DNA of 64,000 bases, taken from Promethearchaeota archaeon. GTDB lineage: Archaea; Asgardarchaeota; Lokiarchaeia; Sigyniarchaeales; SOKP01. The stretch is from positions 1,721 to 65,720 of the forward strand of contig JBHLLU010000004.1 of the NCBI GenBank assembly GCA_048938895.1. The letters run 5' to 3'. The position numbers were made by a program, and so were the translations under genes. This document shows positions 53,396 through 62,516 of this stretch, in pieces; positions within the stretch are counted from its first letter, which is position 1, and the number at the start of each line of letters is the position of its first letter. The notes beneath the pieces were generated by a model. The model made no database searches, had not been told where the DNA came from, and saw only the letters and a list, made by a program, of their open reading frames with translations.

Positions 53396-55222
53396 TTAGG
53401 AGTTCCGTAATTTTCTACTGATAAAGATTACTACAGTGGATAGAATTCCAAGTAGAAAGTAAAGAGAATATCCAGGAATTAGTCTAGTATCTTCACCATA
53501 AGTACAAGAACCATTATCTTTAAATTTATTTCCTGCACAATCCATTTCTATGATACATTTCTCATTTCCTATTAATGTGTTTCCCGATATATCGTTATTA
53601 TCACTAAACTGTAAGTTAATCCCGTATTTGCGATTGTTATTTGCATTATTTCCCGATATATCGTTATTATCACTATGCTCTACGTGTATCCCGTCATGGT
53701 CATTGTCGCTTGCGATATTTCCTGAGACAATGTTATTATCACTACTGTCTAAATATATCCCATGCCAACGATTGTGACATGCGTTATTTCCCGAAATAGT
53801 GTGATAACTTCCATCTACAAGTATCCCATAATCATTATTATTAGCAATATTTCCCGAAACAGTGTTATAACGTGCCTCTATAAGTATTCCATAACCATTA
53901 TTGTTACTTACATTATTTCCCGAAATGGTGTTATTATGACAAAATTGTAAGTTTATCCCGTCCTGGTTATTGTAGTTTGCGATATTTCCTGAGATGATGT
54001 TGTTATCACTAATGTCCAAGTATATCCCATACCAATGATTATTACTTGCGAAGTTTCCCATAATAGTGTTGTTATAGCAAAAAAATAATAAAATTCCTAT
54101 GGAACCGTAAGAAACGTTTAAATTTGATATTAATGATTCATTACAATTGACCAATATAACTTGCCCTGCATTTGTAAAATTATTGGGTTCTAAATTTAGT
54201 TCATTGGTGTAATAATAAAGAGGTTTTCCATTCACTAGATTTGTAGTATCTATATCATTTGAAGGCAGGGTTTCAAAATTTGAACCCACAATCATTCGCA
54301 ATCCACATTCATTCATAAAATTTCCCTTTATACTGTTATTATGGCTATATGATAGGTATATCCCATAACCATCATTATTTGCAACATTTCCCGTTATGGT
54401 GTTATTATGACTTGAAGATAATTCTATCCCATAATCATTATTATTTGCAATATTTCCAGAAATAGTGTTATTTATACTGTTTTTCAAATATATCCCATAA
54501 AGCCAATTGTGACGTAAGGTATTTCCCGAAATATTGTTACTCTTACTAGTCTCTAAACTTATTCCTGCACCAATATTAGTACCTACATCATTTCCCGTTA
54601 AGGAGTTATGATTACTATAAATTAAACCTATCCCCCCCATGTTGTCAAATACAATGTTTCCTAAAATAACGCTATTATTACTTTTGCTTATACGTATGCC
54701 ATACCATTCGTTACTTATTGCGGTGTTTCCTAAAAGAGTGTTATTGTTACTGTTTTGTAAATATATCCCATTAGCAATATTGTTTACTGTGTTCTCGATT
54801 ACTGTTCCATTACCAACATTATATAAGCGGATCCCTGCATCAAACCATGCATTTCCAGAATTATAGAGTGTACAATTCACTATTCTAAAGAACACATCAG
54901 AATTTTCAATCCAAATGCAACTTCCCATCCCTCCACCATCAATTACCAAATCTTCTATGACATAAGGAACTGAATACGTACCATTCCCAGTACAGTTACC
55001 AGCACTTTTAAAATCCTTCCACCCTGAATTGTTGATAATATGAATTTTTTTGGAGATTTTAGAGAGTTTCAGGGCATCATTATCAAGGGTACTTTCACCA
55101 TTATATTCCGAAATGTTGTTGCTAAGTCTTTTGGTAAATTTAAGATTAAGAGGAATTATAAGGAAAAAGGAGTAAAGGATTCCCACAATTAGTAATACTT
55201 GGATTTTTTGATTTGACTTCAA
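53396..55222 (-). CDS. Right-handed parallel beta-helix (PbH1/NosD-like repeat) surface protein with N-terminal signal anchor and C-terminal PGF-CTERM-like anchor
   Basis: More than 15 repeats of ~22-23 aa of the type NNTISGNIANNNDYGI(Y/E)L. N-terminus: VLLIVGILYSFFLIIP. C-terminus: RLIPGYSLYFLLGILSTVVIFISRKLRNS. Confidence 0.7.
   Translation of the reverse strand: MKSNQKIQVLLIVGILYSFFLIIPLNLKFTKRLSNNISEYNGESTLDNDALKLSKISKKIHIINNSGWKDFKSAGNCTGNGTYSVPYVIEDLVIDGGGMGSCIWIENSDVFFRIVNCTLYNSGNAWFDAGIRLYNVGNGTVIENTVNNIANGIYLQNSNNNTLLGNTAISNEWYGIRISKSNNSVILGNIVFDNMGGIGLIYSNHNSLTGNDVGTNIGAGISLETSKSNNISGNTLRHNWLYGIYLKNSINNTISGNIANNNDYGIELSSSHNNTITGNVANNDGYGIYLSYSHNNSIKGNFMNECGLRMIVGSNFETLPSNDIDTTNLVNGKPLYYYTNELNLEPNNFTNAGQVILVNCNESLISNLNVSYGSIGILLFFCYNNTIMGNFASNNHWYGIYLDISDNNIISGNIANYNNQDGINLQFCHNNTISGNNVSNNNGYGILIEARYNTVSGNIANNNDYGILVDGSYHTISGNNACHNRWHGIYLDSSDNNIVSGNIASDNDHDGIHVEHSDNNDISGNNANNNRKYGINLQFSDNNDISGNTLIGNEKCIIEMDCAGNKFKDNGSCTYGEDTRLIPGYSLYFLLGILSTVVIFISRKLRNS
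53399..53476 (-). other. PGF-CTERM-like tripartite sorting signal (PGY, TM helix, basic tail)
   Basis: The last 26 codons read PGYSLYFLLGILSTVVIFISRKLRNS. Confidence 0.4.
53564..54955 (-). repeat. Coding tandem repeats (69-nt/23-codon period) of the beta-helix gene
   Basis: For example, the 27-nt string tttcccgatatatcgttattatcacta occurs at 53580..53606 and 53649..53675 (69 nt apart). Many degenerate copies occur throughout. Confidence 0.7.
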
Positions 55223-55384
55223 CTGAATTTCATTTTACTTTTTTTTGCCCTTGAGAGAAATTAAGTTAATATACTATTTAAGCATATAGCCTGATTTCTA
55301 TCAAAATTCAGTAATTCCATCGATCATAATTAGTATTTAGAAATATTTCATAATCTTGATATCTTTAATTAATATTTGATCCCT

Positions 55385-55486
55385 TCAAAAACCAAGTTCT
55401 TTAAGTTCTACGTTAGGAACAACTTCATTTACCAGACCAATCCGATATTCTTCTAGGCTAAAAATTATTTTAGCTCGTAGTATCAT
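55385..55486 (-). pseudogene. Relic fragment of an enoyl-CoA hydratase (crotonase-fold) gene
   Basis: The minus-strand translation MILRAKIIFSLEEYRIGLVNEVVPNVELKELGF-stop contains the crotonase hallmark (E)A..(I)GLVN.VVP..EL. Only ~33 codons remain and there is no upstream catalytic part. Confidence 0.5.
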
Positions 55487-55568
55487 TATAAATAGAATTA
55501 TCTTATCATAGATAATTTAGAATCTCAGGTTAAAAAAACCTCATATTAATTTATTAGAAAATATTTTA

Positions 55569-57674
55569 ATGAGTATTATGGAAAAACATCGAGTAGCTAT
55601 CGGTCGTTATAGAAAAAAGACTACATCTCTGAGAAGAGTTGTGGAGCTCTCTGGAGCATTTGACAATCTTAAAGGTGATGAAAAAGTCTTCCTAAAACCA
55701 AATATAGTTTTTTGGTCTCCAATTCCAGACTATCCACCCTATGGAGTTGTCACTACCTCACGTATAATGGAAGATACTATTATTTTACTTAAAGAACGTG
55801 GCATCAAGGACATAACTATTGGAGAAGGAACCGTAACAATGGATCCTAAAGACAATAAAACCGTTCAATATGCTTTTGAAGCTTTAGGATATAATAGATT
55901 CAAAAAAAAATATGGAATTAATTTAATCAATGTTTTAGAAAGACCATTTGAAAAATTAGATTTGGGTGATGGTATTGATTTAAATTTTAACACTGATGCA
56001 TTAAATAGTGATTTAATTGTTTCTGTTGCAGTTCTAAAAACCCATAGTCAAGCAAAGGTTAGTTTAAGTTTGAAAAATTTAAAAGGTCTAATTGATGTCT
56101 CTTCACGGAAAAAATGTCATACTGCAGATGCTGAAAATGATTTAGATTTTTATTTATACCACTTACCAAAGAAATTACCTTCTGTTATCTCAATTATTGA
56201 TGGGATCTACACAAATGAACTAGGTCCGGGATATGATGGGAACATAAGAAGAAGTAATATTTTAATAGCGTCTTCAGATATGCTTTCCGCTGATAAAGTT
56301 GGTGCTATGGTATTAGGATATAATCCCACTAATGTATCATATTTATCATATTATGCTCAAGAAAATAATCGTTCTATAGATCTTTCAGATGTTGAGGTTA
56401 TTGGAAAAACTATTGATAGTGTGCGTGATCCTCATAGATATCAATTTCCATATACTGACGATCATACTCTTCCAATCGCGCTTTCTAAACAAGGTGTGAA
56501 AGGATTATCATATCGTCAATATGATAATACTACATGCACTTATTGTTCTCTACTTACAGGTTTGCTTCCAATTGCTATCACTTATGCGTGGAATAGTTCA
56601 GAAGGAGACCCCTGGGATGATGTTGAAGTAATTATGGGAAAAAGAATGATTCCAACACCGGGAAAGAAGAAAACCATACTACTCGGTCAATGTATGGTTA
56701 ATAAGCATAGAAATAATCCAGATATAAATGAAATGATCCCGATAAAGGGTTGTCCTGTAAAGCCAGAAAATATTGCAAAAGCATTCCAACAAGCGGGAGT
56801 TTATCTACATCCAGATTTCTTTCCGAATCTTGACAATATCCCCAGATTTTTCGGGATACCATATAAACACCGTTTTAATGAATTTCAGATGTCACATTTT
56901 AATGATGAAATTATTGATGAAACAGTCCCAACTATTGACGAAATTGGAGTTAGCCAATTCTACTTTGATAATGGGATACCAGAAAAACAAACTAAATTTG
57001 ATGTAAAATTTTTTGGTTTAGTTGGTGAAAAAAACACTAATGCTATAAGTAAAATAAGCGTGGAAGGCCCAAATGGTTATGATTTCCAGTTTAAGAACCA
57101 ACCATATTCAGATAAAAACGGTAATGGCTTTATAGTTGATAATTATAATCGTCAAATGATCTACTATCGGGCATTTGATAGAAACGGGTTTTTGGAAGAT
57201 GGTAAATATAAAATTACAGTTGATTATTGGAATGGTGCATCACGGTCTCAATCCCGTGTTCTTAAGTCTAATAACACTCTTTTAAAGAGTTATCTAAATG
57301 TAAAAGATAAAATCAAATATTCCTATGAAGAAAAACCGAAGTTCATGGGAGATCCCCGTATTTATGTAAATGTAAAGTGGACGACATTAAACCAGTTAGG
57401 AGAACTCGATGCTTATTATATTCCTTATGTATCCAAAGGAAGAACTGATTATATAGATCTCCATGATTTAACTCATTTAGATGATATATTTATGAATTCA
57501 ATATTAATACCATCCTATGGTTTGAATAAAAGTTCAACTCTAATAAATACTCGATGGAGACCTTTAACACCCAATTCAGAATATTCATGGCAAGCCGAAA
57601 TTTGTGATTCAAATTCATTTAAAGATATTAATATGACAATTCATCAACCAATTCAATATTTCAAAACGAACTGA
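55569..57674 (+). CDS. DUF362-domain protein with ~280-aa all-beta-looking C-terminal extension
   Basis: VFLKPNIVFW, GVVTTSRIMEDTIILLKERGIKDITIGEG, AVLKTHSQAKVSLSLKNLKGLI, CTYCS, GQCMV...IKGCP. Paralogue of 61077..62411. Confidence 0.6.
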   Translation: MSIMEKHRVAIGRYRKKTTSLRRVVELSGAFDNLKGDEKVFLKPNIVFWSPIPDYPPYGVVTTSRIMEDTIILLKERGIKDITIGEGTVTMDPKDNKTVQYAFEALGYNRFKKKYGINLINVLERPFEKLDLGDGIDLNFNTDALNSDLIVSVAVLKTHSQAKVSLSLKNLKGLIDVSSRKKCHTADAENDLDFYLYHLPKKLPSVISIIDGIYTNELGPGYDGNIRRSNILIASSDMLSADKVGAMVLGYNPTNVSYLSYYAQENNRSIDLSDVEVIGKTIDSVRDPHRYQFPYTDDHTLPIALSKQGVKGLSYRQYDNTTCTYCSLLTGLLPIAITYAWNSSEGDPWDDVEVIMGKRMIPTPGKKKTILLGQCMVNKHRNNPDINEMIPIKGCPVKPENIAKAFQQAGVYLHPDFFPNLDNIPRFFGIPYKHRFNEFQMSHFNDEIIDETVPTIDEIGVSQFYFDNGIPEKQTKFDVKFFGLVGEKNTNAISKISVEGPNGYDFQFKNQPYSDKNGNGFIVDNYNRQMIYYRAFDRNGFLEDGKYKITVDYWNGASRSQSRVLKSNNTLLKSYLNVKDKIKYSYEEKPKFMGDPRIYVNVKWTTLNQLGELDAYYIPYVSKGRTDYIDLHDLTHLDDIFMNSILIPSYGLNKSSTLINTRWRPLTPNSEYSWQAEICDSNSFKDINMTIHQPIQYFKTN

Positions 57675-57689
57675 ATCTGGTGGTTCAAT

Positions 57690-58319
57690 GTGGATAAGAA
57701 AGAAATGGTTAGGATAGGATATAATGAAGCTGCTGAGAAATTGAATAAAATCGTCGGTATAGATAGAAAAGAAGAAAAGGAACAAGTAAAACTCTTATTA
57801 GAATTCTCTTCTCGAATCCCTTCAAATGGTCGAATATTAGATGCGGGTTGTGGAAATGGTGCATACTCTCGTATTCTAAGTAAGAACTTCGAAGTGATTG
57901 GAATAGATATCTCAGAAAAGCAAATTGAGATAGCGAAACAAAATGCTCCAAAATCTAAATTTATATGTCAGGATATGACAAAACTTACATTTCCAGATGA
58001 ACACTTTAATGGGATTTTATCCTACTATGCTGTTATTCATGTCCCTAGAGAAGAGCAGTATGAATTATTGAAAAATTTTTATCGTATGTTGAAAGTGGAA
58101 GGTGTAGTTCTAATATCTCTCCACCCTATGGATGATCCTGAATCTTATAATGAAGATTTTTTTGAAACTAGTTCAAGAATGTTTTGGAGCGGTTTTGATA
58201 AAGAAAGAAATCTGAAGATGATTCAAGATATAGGATTTAAGATTATCTGGTCAAAATTGGTGCAAGAATCTTCCAAATGGGGGGATAATTATCATCTATT
58301 TGTAATGGCAGAAAAATAA
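57690..58319 (+). CDS. Class I SAM-dependent methyltransferase
   Basis: ILDAGCGNGAYS, IGIDISEKQIEIA, LKVEGVVLISL. GTG start at 57690; ATG at 57705. Confidence 0.6.
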   Translation: MDKKEMVRIGYNEAAEKLNKIVGIDRKEEKEQVKLLLEFSSRIPSNGRILDAGCGNGAYSRILSKNFEVIGIDISEKQIEIAKQNAPKSKFICQDMTKLTFPDEHFNGILSYYAVIHVPREEQYELLKNFYRMLKVEGVVLISLHPMDDPESYNEDFFETSSRMFWSGFDKERNLKMIQDIGFKIIWSKLVQESSKWGDNYHLFVMAEK

Positions 58320-58369
58320 TCAAAATAGTTTAAGACGATTTTATTAATTAATTCTAAGGTTTAGATAAT

Positions 58370-59254
58370 ATGAAAGAATTTAAGAATAAAGTGGCAGTAA
58401 TCACTGGCGCAGCAAGTGGAATTGGTCTTGGCATTGCAAGAAGGGCAGCAAAAGAAGGTATGAAAATAGTAGTAGCTGATATTGAAAAGGATGCATTAAA
58501 AAAGACTGAAGAAGAATTTAGATCATTAGGAACAGACGTAATATCGGTATTGACTGATGTTTCAAAGGCTGAAAATGTTGAAAAATTAGCTCAGGAGACA
58601 CTCGATGCATTTGGAGAAGTTCATTTACTTTGTAATAATGCAGGAGTAGCTGTTCCAGGATTTCTTTGGGAAACAATCTCCTCTGATTGGCATTGGGTTA
58701 TAGGAGTAAATTTATGGGGAGTAATCCATGGAATTCGCAAGTTTATTCCAATAATGCATGAACAGAAAAATGAATGTCATATTGTCAATACTTCATCCAT
58801 GGCTGGTATCCTATCTGGAGATCCCATAAATGGAATTTATAGTATTACAAAACAAGGAGTCGTTGCACTTTCAGAGAGTTTAAAAAGGGGTCTTACTCTA
58901 AGAGGTGCCAAAATAGGTGTTTCAGTGCTTTGTCCGGGAATTGTAAATACTAGAATTACCGATAGCGAAAGAAATCGTCCAGCTGAATATCGTGGCTCAG
59001 ACTATATGCCAAGTTTTGATAGAATTGCAAAAAATCATCCAGAACTTGAACAAGCAATTAGAGAGGCTCCAAAATTATGGAAGGCAGGCACCCCAGCTGA
59101 TCAATCTGGTGATATTGTATTCGAGGCAATCAAGAATGATGTATTCTATATTTTTACAGAAATCGGAGAAGCATGGGAAACAGGTATGAAAACGCGATTT
59201 GACGAAGTCTGGAAGGATTATGAGAAGATAAAAACTATAGTAAAAGAATTATAA
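58370..59254 (+). CDS. Short-chain dehydrogenase/reductase (SDR)
   Basis: KVAVITGAASGIGLGIA, NNAGV, catalytic YSITKQG. Confidence 0.8.
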   Translation: MKEFKNKVAVITGAASGIGLGIARRAAKEGMKIVVADIEKDALKKTEEEFRSLGTDVISVLTDVSKAENVEKLAQETLDAFGEVHLLCNNAGVAVPGFLWETISSDWHWVIGVNLWGVIHGIRKFIPIMHEQKNECHIVNTSSMAGILSGDPINGIYSITKQGVVALSESLKRGLTLRGAKIGVSVLCPGIVNTRITDSERNRPAEYRGSDYMPSFDRIAKNHPELEQAIREAPKLWKAGTPADQSGDIVFEAIKNDVFYIFTEIGEAWETGMKTRFDEVWKDYEKIKTIVKEL

Positions 59255-59300
59255 AGGAATTGGTTTTTAAAAAAAATTAAAATTATATTGGTGTTAAGGG

Positions 59301-60992
59301 TTAATCCTTATTTTCAATGGCTTTTTCCCTCAGTTTTCTTCTAAATATTTTACCAACGGCTGTTCGAGGCAAAACATTTATAAATTCTACTTGGCGGGGG
59401 TATTTGTATCCAGCCATTCTTTCTTTTGCCCATTCTATAATTTCCTTTTCAGTTATCTTATCTTTATATTCTGAATTTATAACAACATAGGCTTTAATCG
59501 TTTCCCCTATATTTGGATCGGGTGCTGAGACCACCCCCGCTTCCATTATTGCTGGATGTTCTACTAATTTTTCTTCAACTTCTCTCGCCATTACTTTATA
59601 ACCTTTATATTTTACCATATCCTTAGTACGTCCTTCAATATAGAAATACCCATTCTCATCCATTCTAGCCAAATCTCCTGTTCTTAACCATCCATTCACT
59701 ATATCCTGGTTGGTGGCTTCAGGATTTTTCCAATAACCTTTCATTACGTTTGGACCTTTAACTAATAATTCACCTATTTCTCCAGGATTTAGTTCTTCCA
59801 AATTTTCTGGATTTACAATAATGACATCTGTATCGATATTAGGTACACCAATACTATTAGGTTTAATTTCTGGCATCCAAGATGCAGCAGAAGTTGCAAA
59901 TGCAGATGATTCTGTCAACCCATAACCTTGACCTACTTTAAATCCAACAATCTCTTCCCATTTCTTATTGAATTCAGGTGCTAAAGCTGCTGATCCAGAT
60001 CCTGCTGTTTCAAGACTTGAGAAATCTGTTTCTGTGAATTCAGGAGAATTTATTAACATTTGATACATCACTGGGACCCCCACAAATAGCTTAATACGAT
60101 AATATTCTATTGCTTTTAATATATCTGAGGGATTAAATGGGAGCATCACTAGCATTGCGCCCAAATACAAAGCAATTATCAATATTCCAAAACCCATAGC
60201 GTGGCATAACGGTAGAATTGATAAATTAACACCATTTCCGAAATCATCTTCAATACTACTTCCTGATGCATAAGCTAGCGAGAGACAGCTATAAAGCAAT
60301 CCATTATGCGTCCACATTACTCCCTTAGGTAATCCTGTGGTACCACCTGTATACATTAATGCCACTAAATCATTAAGAGGATCAATTTCTACTTCTGGAG
60401 GATTGGGGCTCACATCAGTTATAAAGTCATTAAAGGTAGTGGTATCGGGTTTTTCTTCATCAGTTCCAAGAAGTATTAAATTTTGAAGCTCAATATTTTT
60501 TCCAACTCTTTTTACCGTTCTAAAATTATTTTTATGTACAATAAAAGCCTTCACATTTCCAGCATCCCTAACTATATGTTCAACATCAGATTCTTTAAGT
60601 AAAGGATTAACGGGAATGACTATTGCTCCTGTTTCCATTATTCCTACACAACAAAAAATGAATTCTGCACAATTTTCAGACATAATAGCTACCGAATCTC
60701 CTTTTTTAATACCCAGGTTAAACAATGCATTTCCAACCTTGTCAGAATAATATATAAGTTCCCGATAGGTGTATTTTTTATCAGTAGGTTTATAATACAC
60801 ACATACATTATTAGGATATTGTTCAGCAATCCATCTAATAAATTCATGGAGGGGTATTGGATCAAACTTTATTGATTTTGGTACATCTGGTTCTCGAAAT
60901 TTTAGCCAAGGTCTATTAGGTTTTACATATGATGACTCATTCTCAAAATCCAAATTTATTTTCCAGTCTGAATAATCTTTCATTGAATACAC
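59301..60992 (-). CDS. AMP-forming acyl-CoA synthetase (long/medium-chain fatty acid-CoA ligase-like)
   Basis: AMP-binding motif MYTGGTTGLPKGVMWTH, GYGLTE, WLRTGDLA, GKIFRRKL. Confidence 0.85.
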   Translation of the reverse strand: MYSMKDYSDWKINLDFENESSYVKPNRPWLKFREPDVPKSIKFDPIPLHEFIRWIAEQYPNNVCVYYKPTDKKYTYRELIYYSDKVGNALFNLGIKKGDSVAIMSENCAEFIFCCVGIMETGAIVIPVNPLLKESDVEHIVRDAGNVKAFIVHKNNFRTVKRVGKNIELQNLILLGTDEEKPDTTTFNDFITDVSPNPPEVEIDPLNDLVALMYTGGTTGLPKGVMWTHNGLLYSCLSLAYASGSSIEDDFGNGVNLSILPLCHAMGFGILIIALYLGAMLVMLPFNPSDILKAIEYYRIKLFVGVPVMYQMLINSPEFTETDFSSLETAGSGSAALAPEFNKKWEEIVGFKVGQGYGLTESSAFATSAASWMPEIKPNSIGVPNIDTDVIIVNPENLEELNPGEIGELLVKGPNVMKGYWKNPEATNQDIVNGWLRTGDLARMDENGYFYIEGRTKDMVKYKGYKVMAREVEEKLVEHPAIMEAGVVSAPDPNIGETIKAYVVINSEYKDKITEKEIIEWAKERMAGYKYPRQVEFINVLPRTAVGKIFRRKLREKAIENKD

Positions 60993-61076
60993 CTCAAAAA
61001 GTTGATTTTAAATTAAAATATCCAGACTTATAAATATTATGTAAAAGAAATAAAAAAAATACAAAGAAAAAAATTT

Positions 61077-62411
61077 TTAACTTATTTGAAAGAAAGATTC
61101 TTCAAATTCTGGTCTCCCTTTATACTTTGCCATCATGAGTCCTGCACCTGCTCTATTTGTGTTATCTAACATCCCAGCAGGGAGTTCGATTCCAATTTGA
61201 CTAAAAGCATGTCTCACATCTTCCATCGAGGGAGGACATCCTTTAACTGGAATGACTTCTTTAATATCAGGATGTTCTTTGTTTTTATTAACCTGACATT
61301 GACCAATGAGGATAGTTTTATTCATTCCAGGAGTTGGTTCCTGAAGTTTGCCATTTAGAAATTCAACATTATCAAAAGGTTTTCCTTTTCTTGACTGCCA
61401 TGCATTTTTAATGATTAATAATAACATTCCATTAATTCCTGAACAATAAGTACACAAACTACTGTCATATTTTCGATATTTCAACCCTTTTACTCCAATC
61501 CTCTGAAAAGGGAGCGGAAGATCACCAGCATCGTTATAGATGAAATCCCATTCATGATGAGATGCCAAATCCTCTATTTTTTCACCAACAACTTCAACAT
61601 CAGAAAGATCCATAGGTCTGTTTCTATCTTTAGCTGCTTGCACTAAATGAGGTACATCAGAAGGTTCAATACCTAATAATTTAGATCCAACCATATCTGC
61701 TGATAGAATATCAGAAGAGGCAACAAGAATATTTTTCCTATGAGGTTTTCCATCGATTGCAGGTCCTCGTTCAAGAGTATAAATCCCATCGATGATTGTT
61801 AATACTTTTTTAAGTTTGTTGGGTAATTGAGCGACATTGTAATGTAAATTTTTTTCAGGATCCGCACTATGAAATTTCTTGCGAGATGTTCGGTGAATTA
61901 GACCCTTCAAATTCTTAAAACCTAAAGTTACCACGGCTTGACTATGAGTTTTAAGGACGGGAACCGATATTACAACATCAGCAGCTAACGCATCTGAACT
62001 GAATTTAGTTTTAAAGTCAGTCCCTAAGTCTATTTTTTCAAAAGGCCGTTGAAAAGTATTGATAGGTTTCACTCCATATCTTTCTTTGAGAAGATTATAA
62101 CCTAATTTTTCAAATGCATCTGCTGCAGTTTCTGTATCTCTTATTTCGCCGGTTACAATTCCTTCCCCTATAGTTATATCATCAACTCCTCTTTCTTTAA
62201 GTAGAACAACTATATCTTCAATAATTCGAGAACTTGTAATAACGCCCCATTTTGGGAAATTAGTAAAGCGATTCCAGTATACTATATTAGGTTTGATAAA
62301 TACTTTTGCATCTTTGGGTATCTCATCAAGCAGGTTTATCGATTCTACTAATTTTCTTACGGATTCAAGGGGTTTTTCATATTTTACAACAGAAACTTTT
62401 GATTTACTCAT
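61077..62411 (-). CDS. DUF362-domain protein
   Basis: VFIKPNIVYW, GVITSSRIIEDIVVLLKERGVDDITIGEG, PVLKTHSQAVVTLGFKNLKGLI, CTYCS, GQCQV...VKGCP. Confidence 0.6.
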   Translation of the reverse strand: MSKSKVSVVKYEKPLESVRKLVESINLLDEIPKDAKVFIKPNIVYWNRFTNFPKWGVITSSRIIEDIVVLLKERGVDDITIGEGIVTGEIRDTETAADAFEKLGYNLLKERYGVKPINTFQRPFEKIDLGTDFKTKFSSDALAADVVISVPVLKTHSQAVVTLGFKNLKGLIHRTSRKKFHSADPEKNLHYNVAQLPNKLKKVLTIIDGIYTLERGPAIDGKPHRKNILVASSDILSADMVGSKLLGIEPSDVPHLVQAAKDRNRPMDLSDVEVVGEKIEDLASHHEWDFIYNDAGDLPLPFQRIGVKGLKYRKYDSSLCTYCSGINGMLLLIIKNAWQSRKGKPFDNVEFLNGKLQEPTPGMNKTILIGQCQVNKNKEHPDIKEVIPVKGCPPSMEDVRHAFSQIGIELPAGMLDNTNRAGAGLMMAKYKGRPEFEESFFQIS

Positions 62412-62516
62412 ATCTTTACACCATTATGTTAATTAATATAAAAATTAATGTGAGATATTTTAAAAATTAATTTATTATGGAGATTAGCCAAGAAGAAAAT
62501 AAAAGGTGAAAAATGA

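Noticed and set aside
53564-54955. Regularly spaced repeats that could be mistaken for a CRISPR-like or satellite array
   Set aside because: The 69-nt period equals 23 codons of a continuous 608-aa ORF encoding PbH1-type beta-helix repeats. There is no repeat/unique-spacer alternation and there are no cas genes.
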